From the NCBI GenBank assembly GCA_963812015.1, contig CAWETI010000003.1, positions 128,001-192,000 of the forward strand: 64,000 nucleotides of DNA, read 5' to 3'. Position 1 is the first letter of the stretch. Every line of letters begins with the position of its first letter. The position numbers were made by a program, and so were the translations under genes. The DNA comes from an uncultured delta proteobacterium (lineage in GTDB: Bacteria; Desulfobacterota; Desulfobaccia; Desulfobaccales; 0-14-0-80-60-11). The notes beneath the pieces were generated by a model. It had not been told where the DNA came from. It saw only the letters and a list, made by a program, of their open reading frames with translations, and did no database searches. Shown piece after piece: positions 1 to 10,159 of this stretch.

Positions 1-1061
1 TGTTTGTCTGGCGGGATTGCTGAGGCTAAATCTATTAATAATATATCATTCTCAACCGCTTTTTTGCGAATACTGTCATTAAATAAATCAAAAAAATGTT
101 TATATTCCTGATAGCTAACCACAACGTTTTTAAAGCGATCGATGATGGCTTTGTCTGGGTTTTCCGTAAACCTGCTCGCCATGGTCATTAATACGGGAGT
201 GATTTTTCTAATTTTGCAAATAGTTATAAATGTCTGCAGATTCATCTCGAACTGTTCGACCATCTCCGAGGTATTATAGTTTACTTTGGTGTTTCGCATT
301 TTGGCGAATTCGTCATTGCTTTTATCTACACCCTTGGGTCTCAATAAAGTTCTGATCCTTCCCCCGGCCAACCGGAGTTCTCGAGAAATATTAGGAATAA
401 ATTTATCTCGCTCTATTTTAAAGAAATTGGTCAAGATATACTCATTCACATCAAAAATTAAACATCGAGTTGGACTATTATTCCAATAGCCTTTTTCGTA
501 AAGCATTATCGCGACATCATTGTTATTATGCATCATTATGGCGATATCTGGTTTTATTGGGATGATTTTATTTAATAAAACATCCAGGGTATTCAACGTA
601 TTGTTTGCAGTCCTGCTAGCGTTAAAAGAATCAACCTTAATCCCTAGCTCTTTTTCGAGAAGCATTCCAGAAAGGTAAGCAAACCTTTTTTCTTCGTCCA
701 CTAATAATTCTGCCGTTACGGAATCTCCTAAAAACACTAACGTCATATCCGGGTTAGAATATTTCTCTGATGGCATGATAAAGCCATTCTTATCAACTCG
801 CAATAAATAATTCTTTTTCTCGATCGTGTCATATGGTGCATCTTCTTTTACTGGATGATTATATTCCTTTAGTAATGGGCGAAATTCCCTCAGCGCAATG
901 GCTCTCTCCTTAAGAGCAAAATTATAACCGATACCATTATTATTATAAGCCAATAATTTCTCCATACAATAGATGCCTGCGGTTAATATCAACAATATCA
1001 TAAAAGCAATAGTCTTTTTTGGGTTTCGTTCGAACCAGCTATTTTCTTTTTTCGTTACCAT
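1..1061 (-). CDS. SGNH/GDSL hydrolase family protein, membrane-anchored, runs off the left edge
   Basis: Not in the ORF track (no stop in window). Hand translation from ATG at 1061 gives MVTKKENSWFERNPKKTIAFMILL...DMTLVFLGDSVT, clearly similar to the 4001..5197 protein. AT-rich. Confidence 0.8.
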   Translation of the reverse strand, partial: MVTKKENSWFERNPKKTIAFMILLILTAGIYCMEKLLAYNNNGIGYNFALKERAIALREFRPLLKEYNHPVKEDAPYDTIEKKNYLLRVDKNGFIMPSEKYSNPDMTLVFLGDSVTAELLVDEEKRFAYLSGMLLEKELGIKVDSFNASRTANNTLNTLDVLLNKIIPIKPDIAIMMHNNNDVAIMLYEKGYWNNSPTRCLIFDVNEYILTNFFKIERDKFIPNISRELRLAGGRIRTLLRPKGVDKSNDEFAKMRNTKVNYNTSEMVEQFEMNLQTFITICKIRKITPVLMTMASRFTENPDKAIIDRFKNVVVSYQEYKHFFDLFNDSIRKKAVENDILLIDLASAIPPDK

Positions 1062-1472
1062 AAGTCAGTATCTCCTCAGGTCGGAAGGAAAACCAATGGT
1101 ACACGTGCTTAGAAGGTTCTTCAGGTTCAGAATTAAAATTAATATCTATTATTTTCTAAATGATAAATATTAGCCAACGGTAAATTGGCGCCAATTCTCC
1201 CAACAACCCTTCATGGGGCCCATTATGTCGAAACGCTCATCTACCTCCGGCAAAAGTATGGCGGCGGCGTCGGAAGAGATTTGTGCCGCCCTTGCAATCG
1301 ATCCTGATGGCACGGTTGCAATCTGCCTGGATCACTCCTTCCCGGCTTTATCCAATAGCGAGCATCTCAGGACGCCCTTTACACTAAAAGTGATTAATTA
1401 TATCAAATGGTTAGGATAGTTGCCATCGAAAATGCGGCATAATCCGGGGAAGAAGAGCAACTCTGTATAAAA

Positions 1473-1498
1473 GGGCAAACACGCAGGTCTGCCCCTAG
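1473..1498 (-). repeat. REP-like palindrome
   Basis: Minus strand CTAGGGGCAGACCTGCGTGTTTGCCC; near-identical to 31866..31891. Confidence 0.6.
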
Positions 1499-1540
1499 AA
1501 CAGGGGTCACTATTCGCAAGGGGAAGGGTATAAAAAGATT

Positions 1541-1578
1541 AACAAAATGAGGGCGGGGTAAGACCGCCCTCATTTTGT
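1541..1578 (-). terminator. Rho-independent terminator after rpsT
   Basis: ACAAAATGAGGGCGG / CCGCCCTCATTTTGT hairpin with T-rich tails on both strands. Confidence 0.75.
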
Positions 1579-1595
1579 CTTAATCCCAAGTCAAC

Positions 1596-1868
1596 TCATG
1601 CAGGGGTCGAGAGGGCGTTGACCTGCCGGGTGAGGCGGGAAATCTTGCGAGCCGCGGCCCGCCAGTGCAGGGTGCCTTTGCCGGCCACCCGGGCGATCAC
1701 CGGGACCGCGGCCTGCAAGGCCGTCTGGGCCTCTTCCACGCTCTTTTGGGCCACCGCCTGGCGCACCAAGCGCACCACGTTCTTGACCCGGGTTTTGCGG
1801 CTCTGATTGCGCAGCCGCCGTTTTTCGTTCTGTCGTGCCCGCTTCAGGGCGGATATATGCTTTGCCAA
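1596..1868 (-). CDS. rpsT: 30S ribosomal protein S20
   Basis: MAKHISALKRARQNEKRRLRN...AARKISRL, typical S20. Confidence 0.97.
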   Translation of the reverse strand: MAKHISALKRARQNEKRRLRNQSRKTRVKNVVRLVRQAVAQKSVEEAQTALQAAVPVIARVAGKGTLHWRAAARKISRLTRQVNALSTPA

Positions 1869-1921
1869 AGTCTTCCTCCGATAGTAGTGCTCTATAACTG
1901 TGTCTTAAGCGAACGCTTTTG

Positions 1922-2494
1922 TCAAGGGAGCAGGCTTTCCGGATACTCCCGGAAAAACGTCCAAAAATAACTCACCCCAGAGACCACCGTGGCAATGAGG
2001 GCCAGCCATAACAGGCCCATGCCCAGTTCTTCAAAATCAACCCCGACATACGGATAGTGTAAAATTAAGGCCGTGAGGGCCGCCATCTGCAGCAGCGTCT
2101 TGGCCTTAGCCCAGCGGTCGGGGGCCAGGATAATGCCTTCCGCCGCGGCCAGGCCCCGGAGGCCGGTGACCGCCAACTCCCGCCCGACGATGACAAAGGC
2201 CATCCAGGCCGGCACCCGCTCCAGGGGGATCAACATAATCAGGGCGGCTGAAACCAGCAGCTTGTCGGCCAGGGGGTCCATGAATTTCCCCAGCTGGCTC
2301 ACCAGGCGGTGGCGCCGGGCCAAAAACCCATCCAGGAAATCGGTGGCTCCCGCCAGCATAAAAACAAGGGCCCCAAAAAAACTGGCCCAGGGACCGGAGA
2401 AACACAGCAGCAGCACCACCACGGGAACCGCGGCAATCCGGGCACCGGTGAGGAGGTTCGGGGTACCCCAGTTATTGAGGTCGACCTGACGCAT
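1922..2494 (-). CDS. pgsA: CDP-diacylglycerol--glycerol-3-phosphate 3-phosphatidyltransferase
   Basis: PNLLT..R and TDFLDGFLARR...GKFMDPLADK CDP-alcohol phosphotransferase motif. Confidence 0.93.
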   Translation of the reverse strand: MRQVDLNNWGTPNLLTGARIAAVPVVVLLLCFSGPWASFFGALVFMLAGATDFLDGFLARRHRLVSQLGKFMDPLADKLLVSAALIMLIPLERVPAWMAFVIVGRELAVTGLRGLAAAEGIILAPDRWAKAKTLLQMAALTALILHYPYVGVDFEELGMGLLWLALIATVVSGVSYFWTFFREYPESLLP

Positions 2495-2495
2495 T

Positions 2496-3155
2496 TTAGG
2501 ACTTACGGGCCCGCTGCCAATCTGCCAAGAATTTTTGTAAGCCGATATCCGTCAAAGGATGCTGCATGAGCTGCATCATCACCCCGTAAGGGATGGTGGC
2601 GATATCGGCCCCGGCCAGGGCGCCCTCCAGGACGTGCAGGGGGTGGCGCACCGAAGCGACAATGATTTCCGTATCAAACCCGTAATTCTCAAAAATGGTG
2701 ATGATCTGCTCGACGATTTCCATGCCCCGGTGATTGATGTCATCCAGGCGGCCGATAAACGGGCTGACGTACGCCGCGCCCGCCTTGGCGGCCAGCAGGG
2801 CCTGGAGCGGCTGGAAGATCAGGGTGACGTTGACCCTGATGTTCTCTTCCGCCAAAATCCGGGTGGCTTTGAGGCCGTCCGGGGTCATGGGGACCTTGAC
2901 CGCCACCCATTCATGGATTTGGGCCAGTTCCCGGGCCTCCGCCACCATGGCGTTGACCTCGGTGGCCACAACTTCGGCGCTCACCGGACCCTGCACCAAC
3001 TCGCAGATGGTGCGAATGTGCTCTTTGAACTGCTCTTTGGTGCCGATGCCGATCTTGGCGCACAGGCTGGGGTTGGTGGTAACGCCGTCCACCAGGCCCA
3101 GGCTGTGGGCCTCCCGAATCTCATCCAGTTTGGCGGTGTCGATAAAGAATTTCAT
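2496..3155 (-). CDS. tal: Transaldolase / fructose-6-phosphate aldolase family
   Basis: [28 protein letters not shown] motifs. Confidence 0.9.
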   Translation of the reverse strand: MKFFIDTAKLDEIREAHSLGLVDGVTTNPSLCAKIGIGTKEQFKEHIRTICELVQGPVSAEVVATEVNAMVAEARELAQIHEWVAVKVPMTPDGLKATRILAEENIRVNVTLIFQPLQALLAAKAGAAYVSPFIGRLDDINHRGMEIVEQIITIFENYGFDTEIIVASVRHPLHVLEGALAGADIATIPYGVMMQLMQHPLTDIGLQKFLADWQRARKS

Positions 3156-3180
3156 AAAAGACCTCTCACTATATCATAAG

Positions 3181-3441
3181 TCAATTTTTGCCACCACTCA
3201 GGAAGCGCTTCAAACAGCCTTCGGAGCAGAAAAAATACGTTTTGCCGTCCTTGGTGGTTTTGAGGGCTTCGCGCCGGGGGATGAAGGTCTCGCACACGGG
3301 GTCCTGGACCAGGACATCCGGTTCCCGCTCTCTTTCCAAAGGCTTGGGGGCCTGGGGCCAAAGGCCCAGCGAGCCGGCCACCTTTTTAATGGCCCAATAA
3401 CCCAGATATCCCAAGCCTAAACCAAAAAGTAGACGAAACAT
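3181..3441 (-). CDS. Small membrane-anchored YHS-domain protein
   Basis: DPVCETFIP...YFFCSEGC, N-terminal hydrophobic helix. Confidence 0.8.
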   Translation of the reverse strand: MFRLLFGLGLGYLGYWAIKKVAGSLGLWPQAPKPLEREREPDVLVQDPVCETFIPRREALKTTKDGKTYFFCSEGCLKRFLSGGKN

Positions 3442-3986
3442 CAGGTCGTGTCCTCAATCGCAAGCATAGGTTGCAATGCCGCCCGGTCGGCGGGGTCCAG
3501 TTCATCCAGGAGTTCCTCGGCGCTCTTCTGCAGCACCGGGTGCCAGGCCCGGGGAGCGATCTCCGCCAGGGGGGCCAGCACGAAGCCCCGCCGGTGCATC
3601 TCCGGATGGGGCACCATGAGGTCGGGGGCAAAGATCACTTCCCCATTATACAATAACATATCCAGATCGATGACCCGGGGGCCCCACCGCTCCCCCCGCA
3701 CTCTTCCCATAGCCGTTTCCACCTGCTGCAACAGCCGCAGCAGCTCCTCCGGCCCCAGGCGGGTGCGCACCCGGGCCGCGGCATTGACATACCAGGGCTG
3801 ATTTTCCGGCCCCAGGGGCGGGTTCCGGTAGAAGGAGGAAACCCTGGTCACTTCCACTTCTTCCGCGGCGTTCAGGCGCTCCAAAGCGTCCGTCAACTGC
3901 CGCTGGGGATCGCCCAGGTTGGCCCCCAACCCCAGGTAAGCGATAACCGGAGTCCGTTCGGTGATGGCGGCGAATCCCAAAGGCAT
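3441..3986 (-). CDS. folK: 2-amino-4-hydroxy-6-hydroxymethyldihydropteridine diphosphokinase
   Basis: AYLGLGANLG, RWGPRVIDLDML, PHP motifs. Confidence 0.95.
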   Translation of the reverse strand: MPLGFAAITERTPVIAYLGLGANLGDPQRQLTDALERLNAAEEVEVTRVSSFYRNPPLGPENQPWYVNAAARVRTRLGPEELLRLLQQVETAMGRVRGERWGPRVIDLDMLLYNGEVIFAPDLMVPHPEMHRRGFVLAPLAEIAPRAWHPVLQKSAEELLDELDPADRAALQPMLAIEDTT

Positions 3987-4000
3987 ATTTTAATACTATC

Positions 4001-5197
4001 TTATTTCGTGTGACCGGATAAAGGGTTTTTCGCCAGGCGCGTGATGACCGGGGTTAAATCGGCCGCAATGCGAGACGCCACCAACCTGGAGCCCTGGTCA
4101 TTGAAGTGGGCCACGTCACAGATATTTTCTCTCACCGGGGGAATCTCTTGGGCCAGGTCGATCACCAGCACCTGGTTTTTGGCCCCCACCTCCCGGATGG
4201 TTTGGTTGAGCCGGTCAAAGGCGCTTTTAAATTCCCCATAAGTAATCCCCTGGCTGATTTCCAGTTGATGCATGATCTTTTGAACCGGGGGATCGGGGTG
4301 GTCTGTCAGCCGGCTGGCCTGGGTCATGAGCACCGGGATAATGCCTCGGGCCCGGCAAATATTGATGAAGGTCTGCAAGTTCAAGGAAAATTCCCGGACC
4401 AGGAGGTTCTGGTCGATGGTGATTTTCTTACCTCTGACCTCCTTAAACTCGTCCCCTTTGGATTTGCGTTCGGAATGGAACAGCTTCTTCAATTCCCGGG
4501 AGAGGTTGGGAAAGGTCAGGTCCCTGACCAAATAGAACATTTCCCGCAGGTCTTGGCCCACGGTCTTGAAAGTCGGCGGTTTCTCCAGAATGGGGGACCG
4601 GGAGGGATTGGTATTCCAATAGGTCTTTTCGTACATCAGGATAGCCAGGTCGTTGATGTTTTCCATCAGGACCACGATGTCGGGTTTGAGATTTACGACT
4701 TTGTTGAGCAGAATATTGAGGCAATGCAGGGTGTTGCTGCCGCTACGGCCGGCGTTGTAGGAGTTCACCTTGAGGCGGGTCTGTTGTTCGATAAGGCGTC
4801 CCGCCAGGAAGGGAAACCGCTGGTCCTCGTCCACGTAAGTGCACTCGGTGGTGGAACCGCCCAAAAAGGCGAGGGTCAGGTCGGGGTGGTCGTGGACCCT
4901 GGAGGGCATGATGAAACCCTGGCGGTCCACCCGCAGTACGAATTTTTTGGCCTCGAGGCTGTCGCACTTCCGCAGATAGTCGGGGTCGGGCACCAGGATG
5001 TCCCGATATAACGGGTTGAATTCTCTCAGCTTAATGTAGCGTTGGATGCCGAGGGGGTTTATCAGGTTATGGGTGCGGCCGGCCAGGATCTTTTCGGTCA
5101 CGAATGCCAGGCAGCCCATGGCCAGGAGCACAATGACCCCGATGACCTTCTTGGGATTTCTTTCCAGCCAGTTTTTGCGGGTCGGTCCATTATCCAT
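4001..5197 (-). CDS. SGNH/GDSL hydrolase family protein
   Basis: FLGGSTT (block I), NAGRSG (II), NIND (III), DVAHFN (V); N-terminal TM helix. Confidence 0.8.
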   Translation of the reverse strand: MDNGPTRKNWLERNPKKVIGVIVLLAMGCLAFVTEKILAGRTHNLINPLGIQRYIKLREFNPLYRDILVPDPDYLRKCDSLEAKKFVLRVDRQGFIMPSRVHDHPDLTLAFLGGSTTECTYVDEDQRFPFLAGRLIEQQTRLKVNSYNAGRSGSNTLHCLNILLNKVVNLKPDIVVLMENINDLAILMYEKTYWNTNPSRSPILEKPPTFKTVGQDLREMFYLVRDLTFPNLSRELKKLFHSERKSKGDEFKEVRGKKITIDQNLLVREFSLNLQTFINICRARGIIPVLMTQASRLTDHPDPPVQKIMHQLEISQGITYGEFKSAFDRLNQTIREVGAKNQVLVIDLAQEIPPVRENICDVAHFNDQGSRLVASRIAADLTPVITRLAKNPLSGHTK

Positions 5198-5265
5198 TGG
5201 CTATGAGGGGTAGGCAGGCTGCACGGCAAAGAGAACGGAACCGGTCAATAGTTCTGGTCCATTTT

Positions 5266-5347
5266 CCTGAAAGGGTTTGGGCTGGGGGTCTGGGAGAATT
5301 TTTTGTAAGGAGAGGTGCCCCTTACAAACACCCCCGGCCCCTTTGCC
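5266..5347 (-). repeat. Three-hairpin G/C-tract repeat (family A), partial
   Basis: Reverse complement shares CTTACAAAAAA.T..CCCAGACCCCCA.CCCAA.CCCTT.CA with 37305..37455. Confidence 0.7.
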
Positions 5348-6517
5348 TCAGCCCAGCCGCTGCAGGCGGGACAGGGCTTCTTCGAGGCGTTCTTTGGGCA
5401 CCGTCAGGGCCAGGCGGACATAACCTTCTCCGGGCTGCCCTAGGCCGTTGCCGGGGATGGTGACGATCCCGGCCTTTTCCAGCAACTGGGTGGTGAAAGC
5501 CATGGAGGTGAGGCCCGGGGGCACCGTCAGCCAGACGTAGAAGGTGGCTTGGGGGGGCTCCGCGTCGTAGCCCAGTTTTTTTAGGCCGCTCACCAGCAGG
5601 TCCCGGCGTTCCTGGAGAATGGCGCAATTTTCCCGGACGCAGCTCTGGTCCGAATCCAGGGCGGCGATACCGGCAATCTGAATGGCATTGAACACTCCGG
5701 AGTCGATGTTGCTCTTGATCTTGCCCAGGGCGCTCAAAACCTCCCGGTTCCCCACCGCCATGCCCAGGCGCCAACCCGTCATGTTGTAGGTCTTGGAGAG
5801 GGAATGAAACTCGATGCCGATCTCTTTGGCCCCAGGGACCTCCAGAAAACTGGGGGGCTTGAAGCCGTCGTAGGCCAATTCGGTGTAGGCGGCGTCGTGA
5901 ACCGCCACAATGTTATATTCCCGGCAATAGTCCACCACCCGGGCAAAGAAATCTTTATCCGCCACCGCCGCGGTGGGGTTATTGGGATAGTTGAAAAAGA
6001 AGGCCTTGGCGTCCCGGGCCACCAGCGGCGGAATGGCCTTCAGGTCCGGCAGGAAGCGGTTCTCCCGGGTCAGGGGGAGAAAGTGGCAGTAGCCCCCGGC
6101 AAACAGGGTGCCCATCTGGTAAACCGGGTAGCCGGGGCTGGTCATGAGATTGATGTCCTCGGGGTTGTTGATCCCCAGGGGCAGGTGGGCGATGCCCTCC
6201 TTGGAGCCGATGAGGGTGAGGACTTCGCTCTCCGGGTCCAGGTCCACCCCAAACCGCCCCTGATACCAGCGAGCCACCGCTTCCCGGAAGAGGTTCATGC
6301 CGGAATAGGCCGGGTAGTGGTGGGTTTTCATATCATGGATCGCCTCTGCCATCTTCTGGACGATGAACAGAGGGGTGGGAAGATCCGGGTCTCCGACGCC
6401 CAGGTCGATGATATCCACCCCCCGGGCCTTGACCTCGGCCTTCTTATCGTCAATCTCTTTAAAGAGATACGGGGGAATCAACCCCAGGCGCGCCGCCGGT
6501 TCAAAAAACTGCGTCAT
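5348..6517 (-). CDS. dapL: LL-diaminopimelate aminotransferase (class I/II PLP enzyme)
   Basis: NYPNNPT, HDAAY, SLSKTYNMTGWRLG; context of dapA/dapB/dapF/lysA. Confidence 0.8.
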   Translation of the reverse strand: MTQFFEPAARLGLIPPYLFKEIDDKKAEVKARGVDIIDLGVGDPDLPTPLFIVQKMAEAIHDMKTHHYPAYSGMNLFREAVARWYQGRFGVDLDPESEVLTLIGSKEGIAHLPLGINNPEDINLMTSPGYPVYQMGTLFAGGYCHFLPLTRENRFLPDLKAIPPLVARDAKAFFFNYPNNPTAAVADKDFFARVVDYCREYNIVAVHDAAYTELAYDGFKPPSFLEVPGAKEIGIEFHSLSKTYNMTGWRLGMAVGNREVLSALGKIKSNIDSGVFNAIQIAGIAALDSDQSCVRENCAILQERRDLLVSGLKKLGYDAEPPQATFYVWLTVPPGLTSMAFTTQLLEKAGIVTIPGNGLGQPGEGYVRLALTVPKERLEEALSRLQRLG

Positions 6518-7294
6518 TTAAGATGCCCTTTCTGCAATGAGACGATTTCGCAGGGTGCCGATACCCTCCACCTTAATCTCCACCAGGTCGCCGGGGGCCA
6601 TGGGACCGATCCCCGAGGGGGTGCCGGTGGCGATGACGTCCCCGGGTAGAAGGGTCATGATTCGGGAGATAAACGCCACCTGCGCGGCTACTCCGAAGAT
6701 CATGTTCCGGGTGTTGGAGTGCTGCCGGCGCTCCCCGTTCAGGTAAGCCTCCACCGTGAGGTTGTCCGGGTCGGGAATCTCGGTTTCGATCCAGGGACCC
6801 AGGGGGGCGAAGGTGTCGAAACTCTTGGACCGGGTGAACTGGCCGTCTTTTTTTTGTAAATCCCGGGCGGTGACGTCGTTGATGCAGGTAAACCCCAGGG
6901 CGTAGTCCCGGAAGTCCTGTTCCTTGATGTGGCGGCAGGTCCGCCCGATCACCACGGCCAGCTCGGCCTCGTAGTCCACCCGCCGGGACATGGCCGGATA
7001 CCTGATGTCCTCATCCGGGCCGATCACCGCGGTAGAGGGTTTAAGGAAGATTAACGGCTCCTCCGGGATGGGGTGTCCGAACTCGACGGCGTGGTCCCGG
7101 TAGTTCAGCCCCAGGGCCACGATCTTGCTGGGCTCACAGGGCGCCAACAGGGTGACCTCGGGCAGGGACACAACCTCTCCGGTGGTATTTGCCAAACCAC
7201 CGTCATAGGGAGTGCTCCATAAGACGGAGATTTTCTCCCCTTCCAGGATGCCGTAACCGGTCCGGCCCATCAATTCAAAACGTACGATTCGCAT
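6518..7294 (-). CDS. Fumarylacetoacetate hydrolase family protein
   Basis: GLNYRDHA, DYEAELAVVIG, NDVTARD, TGTPSGIG; start moved to ATG 7294. Confidence 0.9.
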   Translation of the reverse strand: MRIVRFELMGRTGYGILEGEKISVLWSTPYDGGLANTTGEVVSLPEVTLLAPCEPSKIVALGLNYRDHAVEFGHPIPEEPLIFLKPSTAVIGPDEDIRYPAMSRRVDYEAELAVVIGRTCRHIKEQDFRDYALGFTCINDVTARDLQKKDGQFTRSKSFDTFAPLGPWIETEIPDPDNLTVEAYLNGERRQHSNTRNMIFGVAAQVAFISRIMTLLPGDVIATGTPSGIGPMAPGDLVEIKVEGIGTLRNRLIAERAS

Positions 7295-7333
7295 AATTTT
7301 CCCTAATTGATAATCTGAATCCCGTAAAAGCAT

Positions 7334-7407
7334 ATCCCCCCTGCCCCCCTTTTTCAAAGGGGGGTAAAGGAAAGTCCCCCTTTAGCAAAGGGGGATTTAG
7401 GGGGATT
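7334..7407. repeat. Palindromic repeat family B
   Basis: ATCCCCCC...CCCCCTTT..AAAGGGGGATTTAGGGGGATT; second copy at 10160..10204. Confidence 0.7.
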
Positions 7408-7453
7408 TTTGATTAACCATATTGATTTAACTATATTTTCAATGAGTTAGACG

Positions 7454-8257
7454 CTATTTCAGCCCCAACACATCCTGCATGTCGTACAGGCCCGGCGGCT
7501 GGGACACCACCCAGAGAGCCGCCCGGACCGCGCCCCGGGCGAAATTGTCCCGGCTGTGGGCCCGGTGGATGATCTCCAGCCGCTCCCCCATGCCGCCGAA
7601 CAGCACCGTGTGCTCCCCGACGATGTCCCCGGCCCTCACCGTCTGGATGCCGATCTCTTTCGCGGTCCGCGCCCCGATGATGCCGTGGCGGGCATACACC
7701 CCGGTCTTTTCCAAATCCCGGTCCAGGGCGTGGGCGATGACCTGCCCCAACTTGATGGCGGTGCCGCTGGGGGCGTCTTTCTTCAAGCGGTGGTGGGCCT
7801 CGACGATCTCCACGTCGTAGCCGTCCCCCAGCACCCGGGCGATGTCCGCCACCACTTTGAACATCAAGTTGACCCCGACGCTCATGTTGGGGGCGAATAC
7901 CAGATGAGCCCGTGAAGCCAGGGCGTGAATCTCGGCGATCTGGGGCGGGGAAAACCCCGTGGTCCCCAGCACCATGGCTTTATTGGCGTCGGCCACTTGC
8001 TTGAGATGGGCCAAGGACGGCTCGGGATGGGTGAACTCAATGACCACCTCCCCCTCGGGCAACACCTGGCCCAAGGAGTCCACCACCGTGACCCCCTTGG
8101 CGGGCAACCCCACGACCTCGCCTACATCTTTGCCCACCGCAGCATGCCCCGGCGACTCCACTGCCCCCACCAACCGGATGCCCGCCGCCGCCTCCATCAT
8201 GTGCACGATGCGGCCGCCCATGCGGCCGGCCACGCCGGTAACAATGGCTTTAACCAT
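7454..8257 (-). CDS. dapB: 4-hydroxy-tetrahydrodipicolinate reductase
   Basis: GVAGRMG, EAHHRLKKDAPSGTA; GGAG RBS before ATG 8257. Confidence 0.96.
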   Translation of the reverse strand: MVKAIVTGVAGRMGGRIVHMMEAAAGIRLVGAVESPGHAAVGKDVGEVVGLPAKGVTVVDSLGQVLPEGEVVIEFTHPEPSLAHLKQVADANKAMVLGTTGFSPPQIAEIHALASRAHLVFAPNMSVGVNLMFKVVADIARVLGDGYDVEIVEAHHRLKKDAPSGTAIKLGQVIAHALDRDLEKTGVYARHGIIGARTAKEIGIQTVRAGDIVGEHTVLFGGMGERLEIIHRAHSRDNFARGAVRAALWVVSQPPGLYDMQDVLGLK

Positions 8258-8278
8258 AAAAGTCTCCGTTAGTTGGCC

Positions 8279-8416
8279 GGGGGAGGAGGCTAAGGGCTTT
8301 TTCATAAGTACCCTTACCCCCTCCCCCGGACCCCCTCCCCCAATCCCTTACAGGGGGCTGGGAGGGGAGTTTGAGGGGAGGGCGGGGGACTCGTCGTCCC
8401 CCGGCCCTCCCCTCAA
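8279..8416 (+). repeat. Three-hairpin repeat (family A), full copy
   Basis: Three consecutive G-tract/C-tract hairpins, collinear with 37305..37455 and with the reverse complement of 12785..12911. Confidence 0.8.
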
Positions 8417-8419
8417 GTC

Positions 8420-9292
8420 TTAAATCAGCCCGTATTTCTGCATCACCTGGCGCAGTTTGTCCTCGTTGGCCGCGGACATGGGGCACAAAGGCTGCCGCAC
8501 TTCGCCGGTGATTTTCCCCATCAGTTTCAGGGCGGTCTTGACCGGGGTGGGGTTGGTCTCGTAGAACATGGCTTCCGTCAGGGGCCACATCTTGTAATGG
8601 AGCGCCCTGGCTTTGGCCAGGTCCCCGGCGAAAAAGGCGTTGCACATGCCGGCCATGTCGGCGGGGACCGCGTTGGAGACCACGGAGATTACCCCCATAC
8701 CGCCCACGCACAGCAGCGGCAAAGTGGTGAAATCGTCGCCGGAGAGCACGATGATCTTGTCGCCGCACAGCTCCAGGGTCTTGGACCCCTGCTTCAGGTC
8801 GCCGGTGGCGTCCTTGAGGCCCACGATATTGGGAATCCCGGCCAGGCGGGCCATGGTTTCGGGCAGCAGGTTGAGGCTGGTGCGTCCCGGCACGTTATAG
8901 ACCACGATGGGAATCTTGGTCTGGGACGCCACGGTCTTATAGTGCTGATAGAGGCCTTCCTGGGTGGGCTTGTTGTAGTAAGGAGTGATCATCAGGGCCG
9001 CATCCGCGCCCGCCGCCTGGGCGTGCTGAGTCAGCTCCACGGCTTCGGCGGTATTGTTGGAGCCGGACCCGGCGATCACCACCACCCGTTTTTTCACCTG
9101 GTCGATGCAGGTTTCCACCACCCGCTTGTGCTCGGCGTGGGACAGGGTGGGAGATTCGCCGGTGGTGCCGCAGGGCACGATGCCGTGGATGCCTCCCTGA
9201 ATCTGGAACTCGATGAGTTCCCGGTAGGCGGCTTCGTCAAGCTGGCCGTTCTTGAAGGGAGTAACAATGGCGGTGATGGCTCCCTTGAACAT
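8420..9292 (-). CDS. dapA: 4-hydroxy-tetrahydrodipicolinate synthase
   Basis: GTTGES, PYYNKP, YNVPGRT, GLKDA. Confidence 0.97.
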   Translation of the reverse strand: MFKGAITAIVTPFKNGQLDEAAYRELIEFQIQGGIHGIVPCGTTGESPTLSHAEHKRVVETCIDQVKKRVVVIAGSGSNNTAEAVELTQHAQAAGADAALMITPYYNKPTQEGLYQHYKTVASQTKIPIVVYNVPGRTSLNLLPETMARLAGIPNIVGLKDATGDLKQGSKTLELCGDKIIVLSGDDFTTLPLLCVGGMGVISVVSNAVPADMAGMCNAFFAGDLAKARALHYKMWPLTEAMFYETNPTPVKTALKLMGKITGEVRQPLCPMSAANEDKLRQVMQKYGLI

Positions 9293-9304
9293 GATGCTAC
9301 CTCC

Positions 9305-10144
9305 TTACTTAAGTTCGTCGACCCACAGTTCTCCCTGGTAGGCCACCAGGGCGTCGCCTTCCAGGAAGACCTCGGTAAAGGCCTCCCCTTGGGGCGTGAA
9401 ATACACGGTCAGGGCCTCGCCGCCCCGGGTGTGGACGGTCACCGGGGAGACCACTTGCCCCAGGCGGGCGGCGATGAGGGACGAAGCCACCGCGCCGGTG
9501 CCGCAGGCCAGGGTTTCGTCCTCCACCCCCCGCTCATAGGTGCGAATCCTGAGGGCCTGGGGGCCTTCAACCCGGATGAAATTGACGTTGGTGCCCGCCG
9601 GGGCAAACAAAGCATGGAAGCGGACCGCCCGGCCCCAGCCGGTGACGGGCGCGGCCTCCAGGTCAGCCACCGGCACGGCCACGTGGGGCACGCCCACCTT
9701 CAGGAAATGGCCCAGAAGGGTTGTTTCCTCCAGAGGAATGTCTTGCCCCAGGATGCAATTACCCACCCCGGCCATGAGCAGCTTGACCCGGCGGTCCCGG
9801 ACTTCGGCCTTAATGGTGCCGGCCAGAGTTTCAAAGGACAGGTCGGCCGGGGCGATGCCCTTCAGGACCGCGAAGCGGGCGGCGCAGCGCCCGCCGTTGC
9901 CGCACATCTCGGGCTCGGAGCCGTCGGCGTTATAAAAGCGCCAGCGAAAATTCGCGGTGGGCGAGGCCTCGATGAGGATGAGGCCGTCGGCCCCCGCGCC
10001 CAACTGGCGATGGCAGACCCGGCGGGCAAATTGCGGCTGTTCGGCCTCGGGGATGAAGCCCTCCCGGTGGTCGATGAGCACGAAATCGTTGCCGCCGCCG
10101 TGCATCTTATAAAAGGGTATTCGTTGTCTGGTGTCCGTAGTCAT
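9305..10144 (-). CDS. dapF: Diaminopimelate epimerase
   Basis: KMHGGGNDF, EMCGNGGRC, ERGVEDETLACGTG. Confidence 0.97.
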   Translation of the reverse strand: MTTDTRQRIPFYKMHGGGNDFVLIDHREGFIPEAEQPQFARRVCHRQLGAGADGLILIEASPTANFRWRFYNADGSEPEMCGNGGRCAARFAVLKGIAPADLSFETLAGTIKAEVRDRRVKLLMAGVGNCILGQDIPLEETTLLGHFLKVGVPHVAVPVADLEAAPVTGWGRAVRFHALFAPAGTNVNFIRVEGPQALRIRTYERGVEDETLACGTGAVASSLIAARLGQVVSPVTVHTRGGEALTVYFTPQGEAFTEVFLEGDALVAYQGELWVDELK

Positions 10145-10159
10145 AAGGCCAGGCTTAAA

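Noticed and set aside
1213..1419. Short ORFs in the AT-rich spacer left of rpsT
   Set aside because: No motif, RBS or similarity that I can recognise
7295..7357. N-terminal extensions of the FAH, dapB, argD and xerC ORFs in the track
   Set aside because: They run into repeats or spacers; downstream starts fit the family N-termini better
8279..8416. CRISPR array or tRNA among the repeats
   Set aside because: Repeats are dispersed rather than regularly spaced, no cas genes are present, and no cloverleaf with proper D and T arms was seen
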